A stretch of 64,000 nt of DNA. It comes from a virus (Duplodnaviria; Caudoviricetes). The notes beneath the pieces are model-generated. The model did not search any database and was not told where the DNA came from. It saw nothing but the letters and a program-made list of their open reading frames with translations. The stretch is from positions 1 to 64,000 of IMG/VR virus record IMGVR_UViG_2915264867_000002; one strand, given 5' to 3'. Positions 54,567 through 63,649 of this stretch are shown here, in pieces (position 1 is the stretch's first letter; every line of letters starts with the position of its first letter). Position numbers and translations under genes: made by a program.

Positions 54567-57500
54567 ATTTAAACCACGCCCTGTCCGTCCGATCCGACTT
54601 CTCGATCGGCCAATCGCTCCTGCAGGTGGATCACATCATCGAAGAGGCAGTCAAACACGGCTACAAGTCCGTCGCGCTGGTCGATGACATGAGCATCCAC
54701 AACCTGGTGGACTTCACCTTGAAGGCTAAGAAAGCTGACATCAAGCCAATCATCGGCTGCCGCATTCGCGTGGTCGATGACCCGCTGCACCGTAAGCCGC
54801 CCAAAGCCTCCGGCCTGGCCGACAAGCCAAACCCGCTGGTGATGATCAAGGCCTATGCGGTAGACGAGACGGGCATCACGTCCTTGCTCAAGCTGCTGTC
54901 CAAGGCTAACAGCAAGGAATACTTCTACTACCACAGCCGTGTTGGCTGGGAGGACGTCGAGCAGCTGGAAGGCGTCATTCTGACCTCGGGCGACTTCTAT
55001 AACGTGTTCTCGCACCCGCACGGCGCTGAGATTTGGCATAACCTGGCGCACAAGTTCACCGGCCGCATTTACACCGAGCTGGTACCGGTTGATACGCCTC
55101 TGTTCGACACGCTCAATGCTAAAGCGCTGGACGTGATCGGCAAGTACGGCATTCCGCCGCTTGTCACGTACCCATTCATGTACCGCCAGGACGAAGACGC
55201 AAGCACGCTGGAAGTGCTGAACGTAATTACCAGCCAGCAGAAAATCTCCACGTCATGGCGGCCGCGCCAAACGGTGCGCAACTTCAGCTTTCAGCCGTCG
55301 CTGGAACTGACCCGCAAGATGGTGGGCGCGGCCAAGCGCGTGGCGAAGTGGAACGGCATCGTGGCGCCGGCAGCATGGAAGTCAGGTCTGGAAAACATCG
55401 AAGCGCTGGCCGACGCCTGCGTCTACGAGTTCAAGAAGCTGCCGGTATCGCTGCCAACCATGGCGCCGAACGAGTTCGAAGCGCTCGGCAAGAAGTGCAT
55501 CGAAGGCTGGAAGCGCCGCTTCAGTCAGTCGTTCCTGGGCCACATGCCTACCGCTGCGGAGATCCCCCAGTACACTGCGCGCCTGAAGTACGAGCTTGGC
55601 GTGCTCAAGACCATGGGCTTCTCTGGCTACTTCCTCCTGGTCGAGGACTTGGTCATGTGGGCTAAGAACAATGGCATCATCGTCGGGCCTGGTCGCGGTT
55701 CGGTCGGCGGCTCACTCGTGGCGTACCTGATCGGCATCACCGACGTGGACCCGATCCGCTTCAACCTACTGTTTGAGCGCTTCATCAATCCCGAGCGCCT
55801 TGACTTGCCCGACGCCGACTTGGACTTCATGTCCACGCGGCGTCACGAGGTCATCACGTACCTGGCCAACAAGTACGGCGCCGATCGTGTGGCTGGCATT
55901 TCCAACTTCTCGACCCTCGCCTCGGCTTCTGCCCTGCGCGATACGGGCCGGGTGTACGAGCTGGACCCGCTGACGCTGTCGGCAACCAAGCTGGTACCGA
56001 AAGAGCACGGCATGTCCTACTCGCTCACCGACGCCGCCCTGGCCGTGCCGGAGCTGGAGAGCTTCCGCGACACGCAGCCCGAGATCTGGAACCACGCGTT
56101 GAAGCTGGAAGGCGTCATGCGCAGCTTCGGCAAGCACGCCGCTGGCGTTGTCGTGGCCGGCGAACCGCTGATCAACCGGGCCGTGATCGAGTCGCGCGCC
56201 AGTGATGAAGACTCCGGGGTGCCGGTGGTCAACTGGGACAAACGATTTGTGGAAGAATGGGGACTGGTCAAAATGGACATTTTGGGCCTGTCCACGCTCG
56301 ACGTGCTGGAGATCGCCCGAAAGTACATCAAGGACCGCCACCGCGTCGATGTGAGCTATGTGAATCTGCCGCTGGAAGAAAGCGACATCATGGAAGCGTT
56401 CGCGCGCGGCGACACCACCGGCGTGTTCCAGTTCGAATCGGGCGGCATGAAAAAGCTGTTGCGCGACCTGGCCAAGGGCGGCCCTCTGACGTTTGAAGAC
56501 ATTACGGCCGCCACCGCGCTGTACCGCCCCGGTCCAATGGATTCGGGTCTGATGACGGACTTTGTCCAGATCAAGCAGGGCAATCGTTCGCCGTATTACG
56601 ACCACCCCAACATGGAAGCGGCGCTTAAGGACACCTACTCGGTCATCGTGTACCAGGAGCAAGTCATGCAGCTTGCCGTCGACGTGGCCGGCTTCACCCG
56701 GGCCGAAGCTGATCACCTGCGTAAGGCGATGGGCAAGAAGGACAAGGTCAAGATGGGCGAAATGCGTGACAAGTGGGTGAAAGGCTGCGACATCACCTCC
56801 AGCATGGATGCGGGCACCGCCGGCGACCTGTTCGACAAGATCGAGGCTTTCGCGGGCTACGGCTTCAACCGCAGCCACGCTGTCGAGTACTCGGTGATCT
56901 CCTATTGGACAATGTGGGTACGCGTGCGCTACCCGGCCGAATACTTCGCTGCCTGTCTCTCGGTCGTCGACAAGGAAGAGAAAATCCCCGCGCTGGTCAA
57001 TGATGCGCGCTCCTACGGCATCGAAGTGCTGCCGCCGGACATCAACCTGTCCTCGGACCGCTTCACCATCCCCGACGACAAGCACCTGCTGGCGCCCTTC
57101 TCGGCCGTCAAGGGGATTTCAGAGAACACCGCGCGCCGGATCGTCGAACTGCGAAACACGCAGACGGCCAACTGCAGCAGCTTCGCCAGCATCACGGAGC
57201 TGGAAGATATCTGCACTGCGAAAGGAAGCAAGGTCAACGTCAAGGTGCGCGACGTGCTGAACCGCGTCGGCGCGCTGGTAGCGCTCCAACCTGGCGAGAA
57301 GCCGGCCCGAGATATGAGCAGGCGCCGGGACCAGATCGAACTGATGCCTGGCTTGATGGTCGACACCGTCAAAGCGGATCGCCAAACGGACACCAAAGAG
57401 CCGTTCCTGCGCGCGAAGATCATTCACCTGGTCCAGGAATATCGCGAGTGCGAAGGCTGCGACCTCAAGACTCAGCCGCACCCAGCCATCCGAACTGGCG

Positions 57501-57955
57501 GCACCGTCAAATTCATGGTCGTGTCGGATTGCCCGACCTGGCAGGAAGAGAAGGCAGGCAAGTTCCTCGAAGGGGATGCGGCCGCTTGCGTGAAATCGGC
57601 GCTGACTGCCGCAGGGTTGAAGCCTGGCGATGGTTACTTTACCTCGCTGGTGAAGGCCAAAAAGAGCGACAAGTTCTTGAGCAACGGGCAAATCAATGGC
57701 TGCTCTGAATTCATCAAGCGAGAGATAGAACTGGTCAAGCCTGCGATCATCATTGCGCTGGGCAGCGCGACGATCAAGCACTTCCTCCCCGGCGTAAAAG
57801 GCTCGACAGCCGAGCTAGCCGGCAAGGTCCATTTCGATCCGAAGCTTGACGCCTCGATCGTATGCGGCATCAACGCTCAGCAGGTCCATTTTGACCCAAG
57901 CAAGCAGGACGTCCTCGATGCGGTTTTTGCCAAAGTGGCAGAGATCCTCGAGTAA
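54563..57955 (+). CDS. dnaE: DNA polymerase III alpha (family C) fused to a C-terminal UDG-like domain
   Basis: PHP domain (SDFS..D), GPGRGSVGGS, ERLDLPDADLDF, GVFQFES, YQEQVM, YGFNRSH; C-terminal CEGCDL..FTSLVK..C..IKREIELVKP..IIALG. Confidence 0.95.
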   Translation: MNLNHALSVRSDFSIGQSLLQVDHIIEEAVKHGYKSVALVDDMSIHNLVDFTLKAKKADIKPIIGCRIRVVDDPLHRKPPKASGLADKPNPLVMIKAYAVDETGITSLLKLLSKANSKEYFYYHSRVGWEDVEQLEGVILTSGDFYNVFSHPHGAEIWHNLAHKFTGRIYTELVPVDTPLFDTLNAKALDVIGKYGIPPLVTYPFMYRQDEDASTLEVLNVITSQQKISTSWRPRQTVRNFSFQPSLELTRKMVGAAKRVAKWNGIVAPAAWKSGLENIEALADACVYEFKKLPVSLPTMAPNEFEALGKKCIEGWKRRFSQSFLGHMPTAAEIPQYTARLKYELGVLKTMGFSGYFLLVEDLVMWAKNNGIIVGPGRGSVGGSLVAYLIGITDVDPIRFNLLFERFINPERLDLPDADLDFMSTRRHEVITYLANKYGADRVAGISNFSTLASASALRDTGRVYELDPLTLSATKLVPKEHGMSYSLTDAALAVPELESFRDTQPEIWNHALKLEGVMRSFGKHAAGVVVAGEPLINRAVIESRASDEDSGVPVVNWDKRFVEEWGLVKMDILGLSTLDVLEIARKYIKDRHRVDVSYVNLPLEESDIMEAFARGDTTGVFQFESGGMKKLLRDLAKGGPLTFEDITAATALYRPGPMDSGLMTDFVQIKQGNRSPYYDHPNMEAALKDTYSVIVYQEQVMQLAVDVAGFTRAEADHLRKAMGKKDKVKMGEMRDKWVKGCDITSSMDAGTAGDLFDKIEAFAGYGFNRSHAVEYSVISYWTMWVRVRYPAEYFAACLSVVDKEEKIPALVNDARSYGIEVLPPDINLSSDRFTIPDDKHLLAPFSAVKGISENTARRIVELRNTQTANCSSFASITELEDICTAKGSKVNVKVRDVLNRVGALVALQPGEKPARDMSRRRDQIELMPGLMVDTVKADRQTDTKEPFLRAKIIHLVQEYRECEGCDLKTQPHPAIRTGGTVKFMVVSDCPTWQEEKAGKFLEGDAAACVKSALTAAGLKPGDGYFTSLVKAKKSDKFLSNGQINGCSEFIKREIELVKPAIIIALGSATIKHFLPGVKGSTAELAGKVHFDPKLDASIVCGINAQQVHFDPSKQDVLDAVFAKVAEILE

Positions 57956-57972
57956 AAATTTAGCTCGGACAG

Positions 57973-58005
57973 TAAGTCAGTACTGATTTATGTCCGGGCT
58001 ATAAT
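57973..58005 (+). promoter_or_regulatory. Operator variant and TATAAT
   Basis: TAAGTCAGTACTGATTTA 57973-57990; TATAAT 58000-58005. Confidence 0.8.
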
Positions 58006-58047
58006 CTGTAATATAAATATTCGATAGACTAACCAAATGGAGAATGT

Positions 58048-58974
58048 ATGAGCACCCAACAAGCAACCCCGATTGAAGACGCGGAACTGGACGCCTTAAT
58101 GGCGGAGCTGGAGGAGCAGACGGCCACCGCTGTCACGGTAGCGAAGGTTGCGCCTGCGGCAGCCCCGGTCACTGTCGTCGTGGAAGAAGATGATTTGTCA
58201 GGCTTGGATTCGCTCGACGGCGAGCAGTCGACGGCAGCAGTAGCTCCAACCAAACCGGCGGCTGCGCCGGCCATCCTGGACGAAGACGCGGAAATGGCAG
58301 CACTGGAGGCCGAGCTGGCTGCCACTGCGCCGGCTGCCGCACCGGTTGCGATGCCTGCGCCAGTTACGAAGCCGGCACCGATCGAGAAGCCTGCACCTGC
58401 ACCTGCACCGACGCCAGCAGCACCCGCAGCTTCAACACCTTCCCCCGCACCTTCTACCGTAGCGAAACCAGCGGCAGCAGCCAATCGCCCAGCCTTTGAG
58501 CTGAAGTTCCACATCGATGTGGAGAAATTCCGCGATGACACGCGCGTGTCCGAAACTACCCTGGACGACTGCATGATGCAGCAAGCCAGCTTGCGCGCTT
58601 ACTACGGTGCCCAGGCGGCACACTCCGAAGCGCAGCACTCGCGCTTGAAGCTCAAGTCCGAAGTACTCGAGGCGGCGCTGTACAAGAAATTCCGCAAAGA
58701 GCTGCTGGATGCGGGCGAAAAGCCAACCGAGAAATTGATCGACGCATACGTGAAAGATGACGCCAACTACCGCGCGCTGGAAAACTTGGTGATCGAAGCC
58801 CAGACCATCGCCAACATCAATAAAAGCCTGGTCGATTCCCTCAAGGACCGCCGCGACATGATCATCCAGCTGGGCGCCGATCGTCGTGAAGACGGCAAGG
58901 GCCAGGCCCGTGTCATGGCACAAGAACAAGCTCACCAGGACTTGAAAGCACGCGCTCTGAAAGCCGCAGCATAA
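58048..58974 (+). CDS. UvsY-like recombination mediator with long acidic/Pro-Ala N-terminal extension
   Basis: C-terminal helical QQASLRAYYG..KPTEKLIDAYV..D..Y..LKDRRDMIIQLG; adjacent to gp32- and RecA-like genes. Confidence 0.55.
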   Translation: MSTQQATPIEDAELDALMAELEEQTATAVTVAKVAPAAAPVTVVVEEDDLSGLDSLDGEQSTAAVAPTKPAAAPAILDEDAEMAALEAELAATAPAAAPVAMPAPVTKPAPIEKPAPAPAPTPAAPAASTPSPAPSTVAKPAAAANRPAFELKFHIDVEKFRDDTRVSETTLDDCMMQQASLRAYYGAQAAHSEAQHSRLKLKSEVLEAALYKKFRKELLDAGEKPTEKLIDAYVKDDANYRALENLVIEAQTIANINKSLVDSLKDRRDMIIQLGADRREDGKGQARVMAQEQAHQDLKARALKAAA

Positions 58975-58994
58975 GACCATTTTGCCTAAAAAGA

Positions 58995-59016
58995 TAAGTA
59001 AGTACTGAGCTATAAT
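58995..59016 (+). promoter_or_regulatory. Operator variant plus TATAAT
   Basis: TAAGTAAGTACTGAGCTA 58995-59012; TATAAT 59011-59016; same sequence as the 40511 copy. Confidence 0.8.
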
Positions 59017-59076
59017 TAATGCGCTGAACGACGAAAGTCTAAAGGCAACAACCCTACCAAAAACTGAAAGAGAAAA

Positions 59077-59904
59077 ATGGATACTTCCAAACTGATGGCA
59101 CTGATGGCGGCGAAAAAAGCCGCAATGAAGGTTGCCGAAAAGACGGTGAAGATCGAACCCGGCAAAAACCGCATACGTCTGCTCCCGGGCTGGCGCGTGG
59201 GCGAAGAACACGTCTGGTTCCACGACTTCGGTCAACACTTCATCAAGGACGCTTCGGACAAGATCCAGGCTGTGTACATGTGCGCAAGCGCTACCCACGA
59301 CCGCGACTGCGACGTCTGCAAGGCGCTGACCCAAGCCGGCGTAGCGGCGGCCGACGACGCAACCAGCGAAGTGCTGGCGAAGGCGAAGGCATCGCGCACC
59401 GTCCTGATCAATGCGCTGATGCTCGACAGCAAAGAACCGAACACGCCCGTGATTCTGGAAATCAAGCGCGGTGTGTTCGGCCAGTTGGTGGACATCATCG
59501 AAGAAAACGGCGCGCTGGTCTTCGCTGAAAACGGCAACGAGATCATCATCAACCGCGAAGGCAAAGGTCTGAATACGAGCTACACGGCTCAGATCAGCCT
59601 GAAGACCTATACGGTCCCGCCGGCCGCCCTGGCTAAGCTGAACAACCTGGATGAATACGTCAAACAGGAATCGGCCGAGCAAGAGCGCCGCGCGATCGCC
59701 GCAGTCAACACCGTCGCGGGCATGCTGCCTGCACCTGGCGCCGGCGGCGACCGTCCGGAAACGACTGCAAGCCGTCTGGCTGCGCCGTCCAAGTCGAATG
59801 ACCTGAGCGACGTGATGGACCTCGACGAAACTCCACCAGCTACCCCGGCTGCGGAAGTTGAAGATGATGCGGACCTGACCGCGTTGCTGGCTGACCTGGG
59901 CTAA
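59077..59904 (+). CDS. Single-stranded DNA-binding protein (gp32-like)
   Basis: RIRLLP, H..C..CDVC Zn ligands, IIINREGKGLNTSY, acidic C-tail DDADLTALLADL. Confidence 0.8.
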   Translation: MDTSKLMALMAAKKAAMKVAEKTVKIEPGKNRIRLLPGWRVGEEHVWFHDFGQHFIKDASDKIQAVYMCASATHDRDCDVCKALTQAGVAAADDATSEVLAKAKASRTVLINALMLDSKEPNTPVILEIKRGVFGQLVDIIEENGALVFAENGNEIIINREGKGLNTSYTAQISLKTYTVPPAALAKLNNLDEYVKQESAEQERRAIAAVNTVAGMLPAPGAGGDRPETTASRLAAPSKSNDLSDVMDLDETPPATPAAEVEDDADLTALLADLG

Positions 59905-59912
59905 GAACCAGC

Positions 59913-59945
59913 AAAAAGGGCCGACACGTAGTCGGCTCTTTTTTT
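59913..59945. terminator. Intrinsic terminator
   Basis: AAAAAGGGCCGAC-ACGTA-GTCGGCTCTTTTTTT. Confidence 0.85.
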
Positions 59946-59947
59946 CT

Positions 59948-60982
59948 GTGGAGAACAATTTGAAAAATCACACCCTCCTGATCGACGGAAACTCGATCGG
60001 CTACGCCGCTCAGCAAGCGACCAAATTAATCAGTGGCGGCATGGAAACCCAAGCTGCCTTCGGCATGATCCGCGAATTGCGCTCACTGCGTCAGGTTCAT
60101 CCCGAATACACTCCTTTCGTCCTCTGGGACGGCCGCGCTCAGTGGCGCTTTGACCTTTACCCTCCGTACAAAGGCAGCCGCAACAGCACGCCGGAGCAAG
60201 TTGCGATGAAGGAGTCTTACAAAAGGCAGCGGCCGTACATCGCGCGCCTCCTGCGACACCTCGGCGTGCGCCAACTGACCGTGACCTCCGCAGAGGCCGA
60301 CGACATGGGCGGCTACTTTGCAAAGCTGCTCTCCTCCGCGCCTGGCTCGAAAGTGGGCCTTATCACCGGCGACGAAGACTGGATGCAGCTGGTGCGCGCG
60401 GCAACGGCCACCAGCGGCGAAGTGTGGTGGAAAGATCCGCGCTCGGACGGCAAATTCACCAACCACAAAAACTTCTACGACAAGACCGGCTGCCGTACGC
60501 CCTTTGCGTTCTTGGAAACCAAGATTCTGATGGGCGACGGCTCCGACGAGATCACTGGCGTCGGAGGTATCGGTGAGAAGGGGGCGCCAGAATTCATCGC
60601 TGAATTCGGTAGCGTGCGCGAGTTTTGGCGACGCTGTGACGCGGGTGAGTTCGTTCCCCGTCTCAAGGCGCACAAGCGACTCTACGAGGGCATCTGCCCG
60701 CTGGATATCGATCAGTGGATGACGAACTACCCTGGCGATCCGGCGGACGCCAAAGCGCTGAAAAAGTACAAAGATTCTTGGCCTGGCCAAGGTCGCTTGA
60801 TATACAAGCGCAACTTCCAGCTGATGCAGCTGCTGAAAGTTCCGGCGCCGGCCAAAGCCGATGTCCAGCTCGATGCCGGCAAGTTCGACAAGGAAGCATT
60901 CGCAGAGGTGTGCCAAGAACTGGCCTTCGCCAGCATCTTGAAGAACCTAGACGAATTCACCAATACATTTTTGCAGAAATAA
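59948..60982 (+). CDS. 5'-3' exonuclease / flap endonuclease (T4 RNase H / Pol I N-domain-like)
   Basis: LLIDGNS, WDGRAQWR..YPPYKGSR, EADD, ITGDEDW, LMGDGSDEITGVGGIGEKGA. Confidence 0.92.
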   Translation: MENNLKNHTLLIDGNSIGYAAQQATKLISGGMETQAAFGMIRELRSLRQVHPEYTPFVLWDGRAQWRFDLYPPYKGSRNSTPEQVAMKESYKRQRPYIARLLRHLGVRQLTVTSAEADDMGGYFAKLLSSAPGSKVGLITGDEDWMQLVRAATATSGEVWWKDPRSDGKFTNHKNFYDKTGCRTPFAFLETKILMGDGSDEITGVGGIGEKGAPEFIAEFGSVREFWRRCDAGEFVPRLKAHKRLYEGICPLDIDQWMTNYPGDPADAKALKKYKDSWPGQGRLIYKRNFQLMQLLKVPAPAKADVQLDAGKFDKEAFAEVCQELAFASILKNLDEFTNTFLQK

Positions 60983-60992
60983 GGAAACACAG

Positions 60993-62063
60993 ATGGCTAC
61001 CTCTCCAAAGAACTCTGGCACCGCCGAAGACCTGATGAAGCTGCTCGATGCAGCGATCGGTGAGAATGACGGCAATTCCCGCGTCACCCAGTTCATCGAT
61101 ACCGGCTTTGCGCCGCTCAACGAAGCGCTGTCGGGCCGTCCTGATGGAGGTCTTCCGTTCGGCCGCATGGTTGAAATGTTTGGCGAGTCGTCCTCGGGCA
61201 AAACCGCCCTGGCCACCGAATGGATGGTGCAAGCGCAAAAGATGGGCGGCGTGGCCGGCTTCATCGACTGGGAACGCTCGTTCGACGTCGGCCTGGCCGA
61301 GGGCTTCGGCTTGAACAGCGCGCGCCCGTACTGGCTCTACAACAAGGCGGAGACGTGGGAAAGTGGCAACGCTTGGGCTGGCAAGGCCTGCCGTGCAATC
61401 CGCGCATCGAAAGCTATCCCTGACTCGGCACCGATTTTGTTTGTGTTTGATTCGATCGCGTCGGCTATTCCGATGTCGATGCTGTACGACGCCAAGGGCG
61501 TGCGCCGCGAGATCGACACCTTCACCATGAACGACACGTCGGCGCTGTCTCGTGTGACGTCCACTACGCTCAAGGTGATGGCGCAGTACTGCGAGGAATA
61601 TAACGCCACCTTCCTGTACCTGAACCAGATTCGCCTCAAGATCGGCGTCGTGTTCGGCGACCCGCGCACCACCCCGGGCGGCAAGGCGATGGAATACTAC
61701 GCCACCAACCGCATTTCGCTCGGTCGCGAAAAGATCATGTTGCAGTCCAAGGGCGGCAAGGAATTCGTGGGCCAGAACATCAAGATCGAAGTCACCAAGT
61801 CCAAGCTGACCAAGCCATTCAAGAAGACGGAGCTGCGCATGTCCTTCGACGAAGACGGCGTGGCGCGCTTCGACCGCGACTATTCGCTGGTGGAGCTGAT
61901 GCTGGAGCAAAAGCTGCTGGACTCACCATCGAACGGCTACGTTACGTGGGATGGCAAGCGTTTGTCCAAGCGCAGCATGGCTGATCTGATCGGCGCCGAA
62001 ACTGGTCTGCGCGAGAAACTGGTCGCGATGATGTTCCCCGAAAACGACGACGCTACCGCCTAA
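60993..62063 (+). CDS. recA: RecA/UvsX-like recombinase
   Basis: IDTG..LN..L..GGLPFGRMVEMFGESSSGKT, FVFDSIA, LNQIRLKIG..FGDPRTTPGGKAMEYYA. Confidence 0.93.
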   Translation: MATSPKNSGTAEDLMKLLDAAIGENDGNSRVTQFIDTGFAPLNEALSGRPDGGLPFGRMVEMFGESSSGKTALATEWMVQAQKMGGVAGFIDWERSFDVGLAEGFGLNSARPYWLYNKAETWESGNAWAGKACRAIRASKAIPDSAPILFVFDSIASAIPMSMLYDAKGVRREIDTFTMNDTSALSRVTSTTLKVMAQYCEEYNATFLYLNQIRLKIGVVFGDPRTTPGGKAMEYYATNRISLGREKIMLQSKGGKEFVGQNIKIEVTKSKLTKPFKKTELRMSFDEDGVARFDRDYSLVELMLEQKLLDSPSNGYVTWDGKRLSKRSMADLIGAETGLREKLVAMMFPENDDATA

Positions 62064-62133
62064 GAATCAGCTGGAGTCATAACTATAATGCAACCGCGCG
62101 GCAACATCGTCGCGGTTGTTTATAGGAGTTCGC

Positions 62134-62484
62134 ATGCACGTACAAGTTATCGGTTTCATCCCGCCGCACGTTGGCCTGGAAGGCGAATTCAACACAGTCC
62201 GTCTGGGCGGCAAGATGGCGAAAGTTTTGACACCGGGTCAGGAAGTGTTCCTGATGGACGAGAAAGAAAAGGCCGTATTTGGGCGCGCTGCGGTGATCAG
62301 CGTTGAAATGGGCAAGCTGGAAGAGCTTTGCGAGGTCCACGCACACAAGAATCACACCGAGCTGGCAAACGATCCGGCTGGCGCCCCGCAGCGTCTGATG
62401 ACCTTCATCCAGAAAATCTTTGGCCCGCACATCGCCCCACCACACAAGCGTACTTGTGTGGTGTATTTGAGGAGGATTGAGTGA
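62134..62484 (+). CDS. ASCH/PUA-like protein
   Basis: FNTVRLG..PGQEVFL..FGRAAVISV..L..HA..N..IFG..VVYL; RBS AGGAG. Confidence 0.6.
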   Translation: MHVQVIGFIPPHVGLEGEFNTVRLGGKMAKVLTPGQEVFLMDEKEKAVFGRAAVISVEMGKLEELCEVHAHKNHTELANDPAGAPQRLMTFIQKIFGPHIAPPHKRTCVVYLRRIE

Positions 62485-62810
62485 GTGATATCGGATTAGA
62501 AAACACCCTCCCTTGGGGAAAGTACAAGGGACAAAAAGTCGCAGAAATATTCAAGAAGGACGCGGCCTACCTCTGCTGGCTTCGTGAGCAGCGGAAGAAA
62601 GAAAGCAGCGACACGAAATTCTTCGCCCGGGAAGTTCACCTCCTGTTGGACGCGGCAATCGACAGCGAAAAATCGCTTCGATTCCACTACACGTCCTGGG
62701 GTACCAATCTCGTCGCTGAGCACGAGGTAGCTCAAGACATGGCAAGGCAGCGGGCCGAACGGGCGGCAATTGACGCGGCCTGTTACGACGAATCCTGGGG
62801 GATGTTTTGA
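62481..62810 (+). CDS. Protein with ExoX C-terminal-like (DUF3820-like) motif
   Basis: LPWGKYKGQKVAEI..DAAYLCWL. Confidence 0.7.
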   Translation: MSDIGLENTLPWGKYKGQKVAEIFKKDAAYLCWLREQRKKESSDTKFFAREVHLLLDAAIDSEKSLRFHYTSWGTNLVAEHEVAQDMARQRAERAAIDAACYDESWGMF

Positions 62811-63172
62811 GCGTCCGTACCGAAAACCGTCTGATGGGCAAGCTGACTGGCGTGTTCTACGAGACGGCCGGCGGCAGCAAGCTGTACCTGGCGCTGCGCA
62901 GCAAGCGCGAGATCATGCGTGCCAAGTACGCCTGGTGCATCGAAGCATCGGCCCTGCAGAAGTGCCGCGACGCCGGCATTACAGCGGTCGGGGTTCTTTG
63001 GAAGGACGGCAGCAAGCGAATGGTCCACCTGACGCATATCGACGACTGGGAAGGGCCAAACAGTTTCCCCCTATTCACCCACTGCAAGCAGCGATGCCTT
63101 CCCATGAAGGCGTTTCGAGTTGATCCAATGCGATCCGAAGCGGTCATCGCAAAAGCAATCAAACTGCGCTGA
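62807..63172 (+). CDS. Hypothetical protein
   Basis: Coupled ORF, basic. Confidence 0.6.
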   Translation: MSVRTENRLMGKLTGVFYETAGGSKLYLALRSKREIMRAKYAWCIEASALQKCRDAGITAVGVLWKDGSKRMVHLTHIDDWEGPNSFPLFTHCKQRCLPMKAFRVDPMRSEAVIAKAIKLR

Positions 63173-63186
63173 TCCGCGGTCAATTG

Positions 63187-63216
63187 TAAGTAAGTCCTGA
63201 CTTACTAGACTATAAT
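63187..63216 (+). promoter_or_regulatory. Operator variant and TATAAT
   Basis: TAAGTAAGTCCTGACTTA 63187-63204; TATAAT 63211-63216. Confidence 0.78.
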
Positions 63217-63247
63217 GACCATTGATACAGAGATTTTGAGGTACCGC

Positions 63248-63625
63248 ATGGGCATTTCAGCAGCATTGATGTGCCTCGCGCTCAACATTTATAACGAGGC
63301 GCGAGGTGAGGTTTTAGGAGGTCAGCAAGCAGTTGCGCTAGTCACGATGAACCGAGCGGGATGGGAACCCAAACGGGTTTGCGAGGAGGTACATAGGCCG
63401 GGGCAATTCAGCTGGACAACCGGGAAGCAAGGGCCGCCGAAGGAAAAAGAGGCCTGGGATTTAGCGCTGGAAGTGGCGCGCGACGTAATGAACCGCCGGG
63501 TACCAGACTTCACCGACGGAGCGACCTTCTTCCACGCCAAGCGTGTGCGCCCGAAGTGGCGCCACACTGAGCAATACGTGATGACTCTAGGTAGTCATCT
63601 TTTTTATAAATCCAGTAATAAGTAA
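63248..63625 (+). CDS. SleB-like cell wall hydrolase (Hydrolase_2)
   Basis: CLALNIYNEARGE..QQAVALVTMNR..QFSW..DFTDGATFFHA..PKW..LGSHLFY; RBS GAGG before ATG 63248. Confidence 0.9.
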   Translation: MGISAALMCLALNIYNEARGEVLGGQQAVALVTMNRAGWEPKRVCEEVHRPGQFSWTTGKQGPPKEKEAWDLALEVARDVMNRRVPDFTDGATFFHAKRVRPKWRHTEQYVMTLGSHLFYKSSNK

Positions 63626-63636
63626 GTACTGACATA
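63619..63636. promoter_or_regulatory. Operator variant
   Basis: TAAGTAAGTACTGACATA, overlapping the hydrolase stop codon and abutting the next RBS. Confidence 0.8.
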
Positions 63637-63649
63637 GGAGCAACACCCA

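Noticed and set aside
58432-59958. 508-aa minus-strand ORF spanning two plus-strand genes
   Set aside because: Antisense to UvsY-like and gp32-like genes and crosses an operator; no motifs.
2714-63636. Palindrome family as CRISPR repeats or a LexA box
   Set aside because: Copies are kilobases apart with no spacer periodicity and no cas genes; the motif does not fit CTGT-N8-ACAG.
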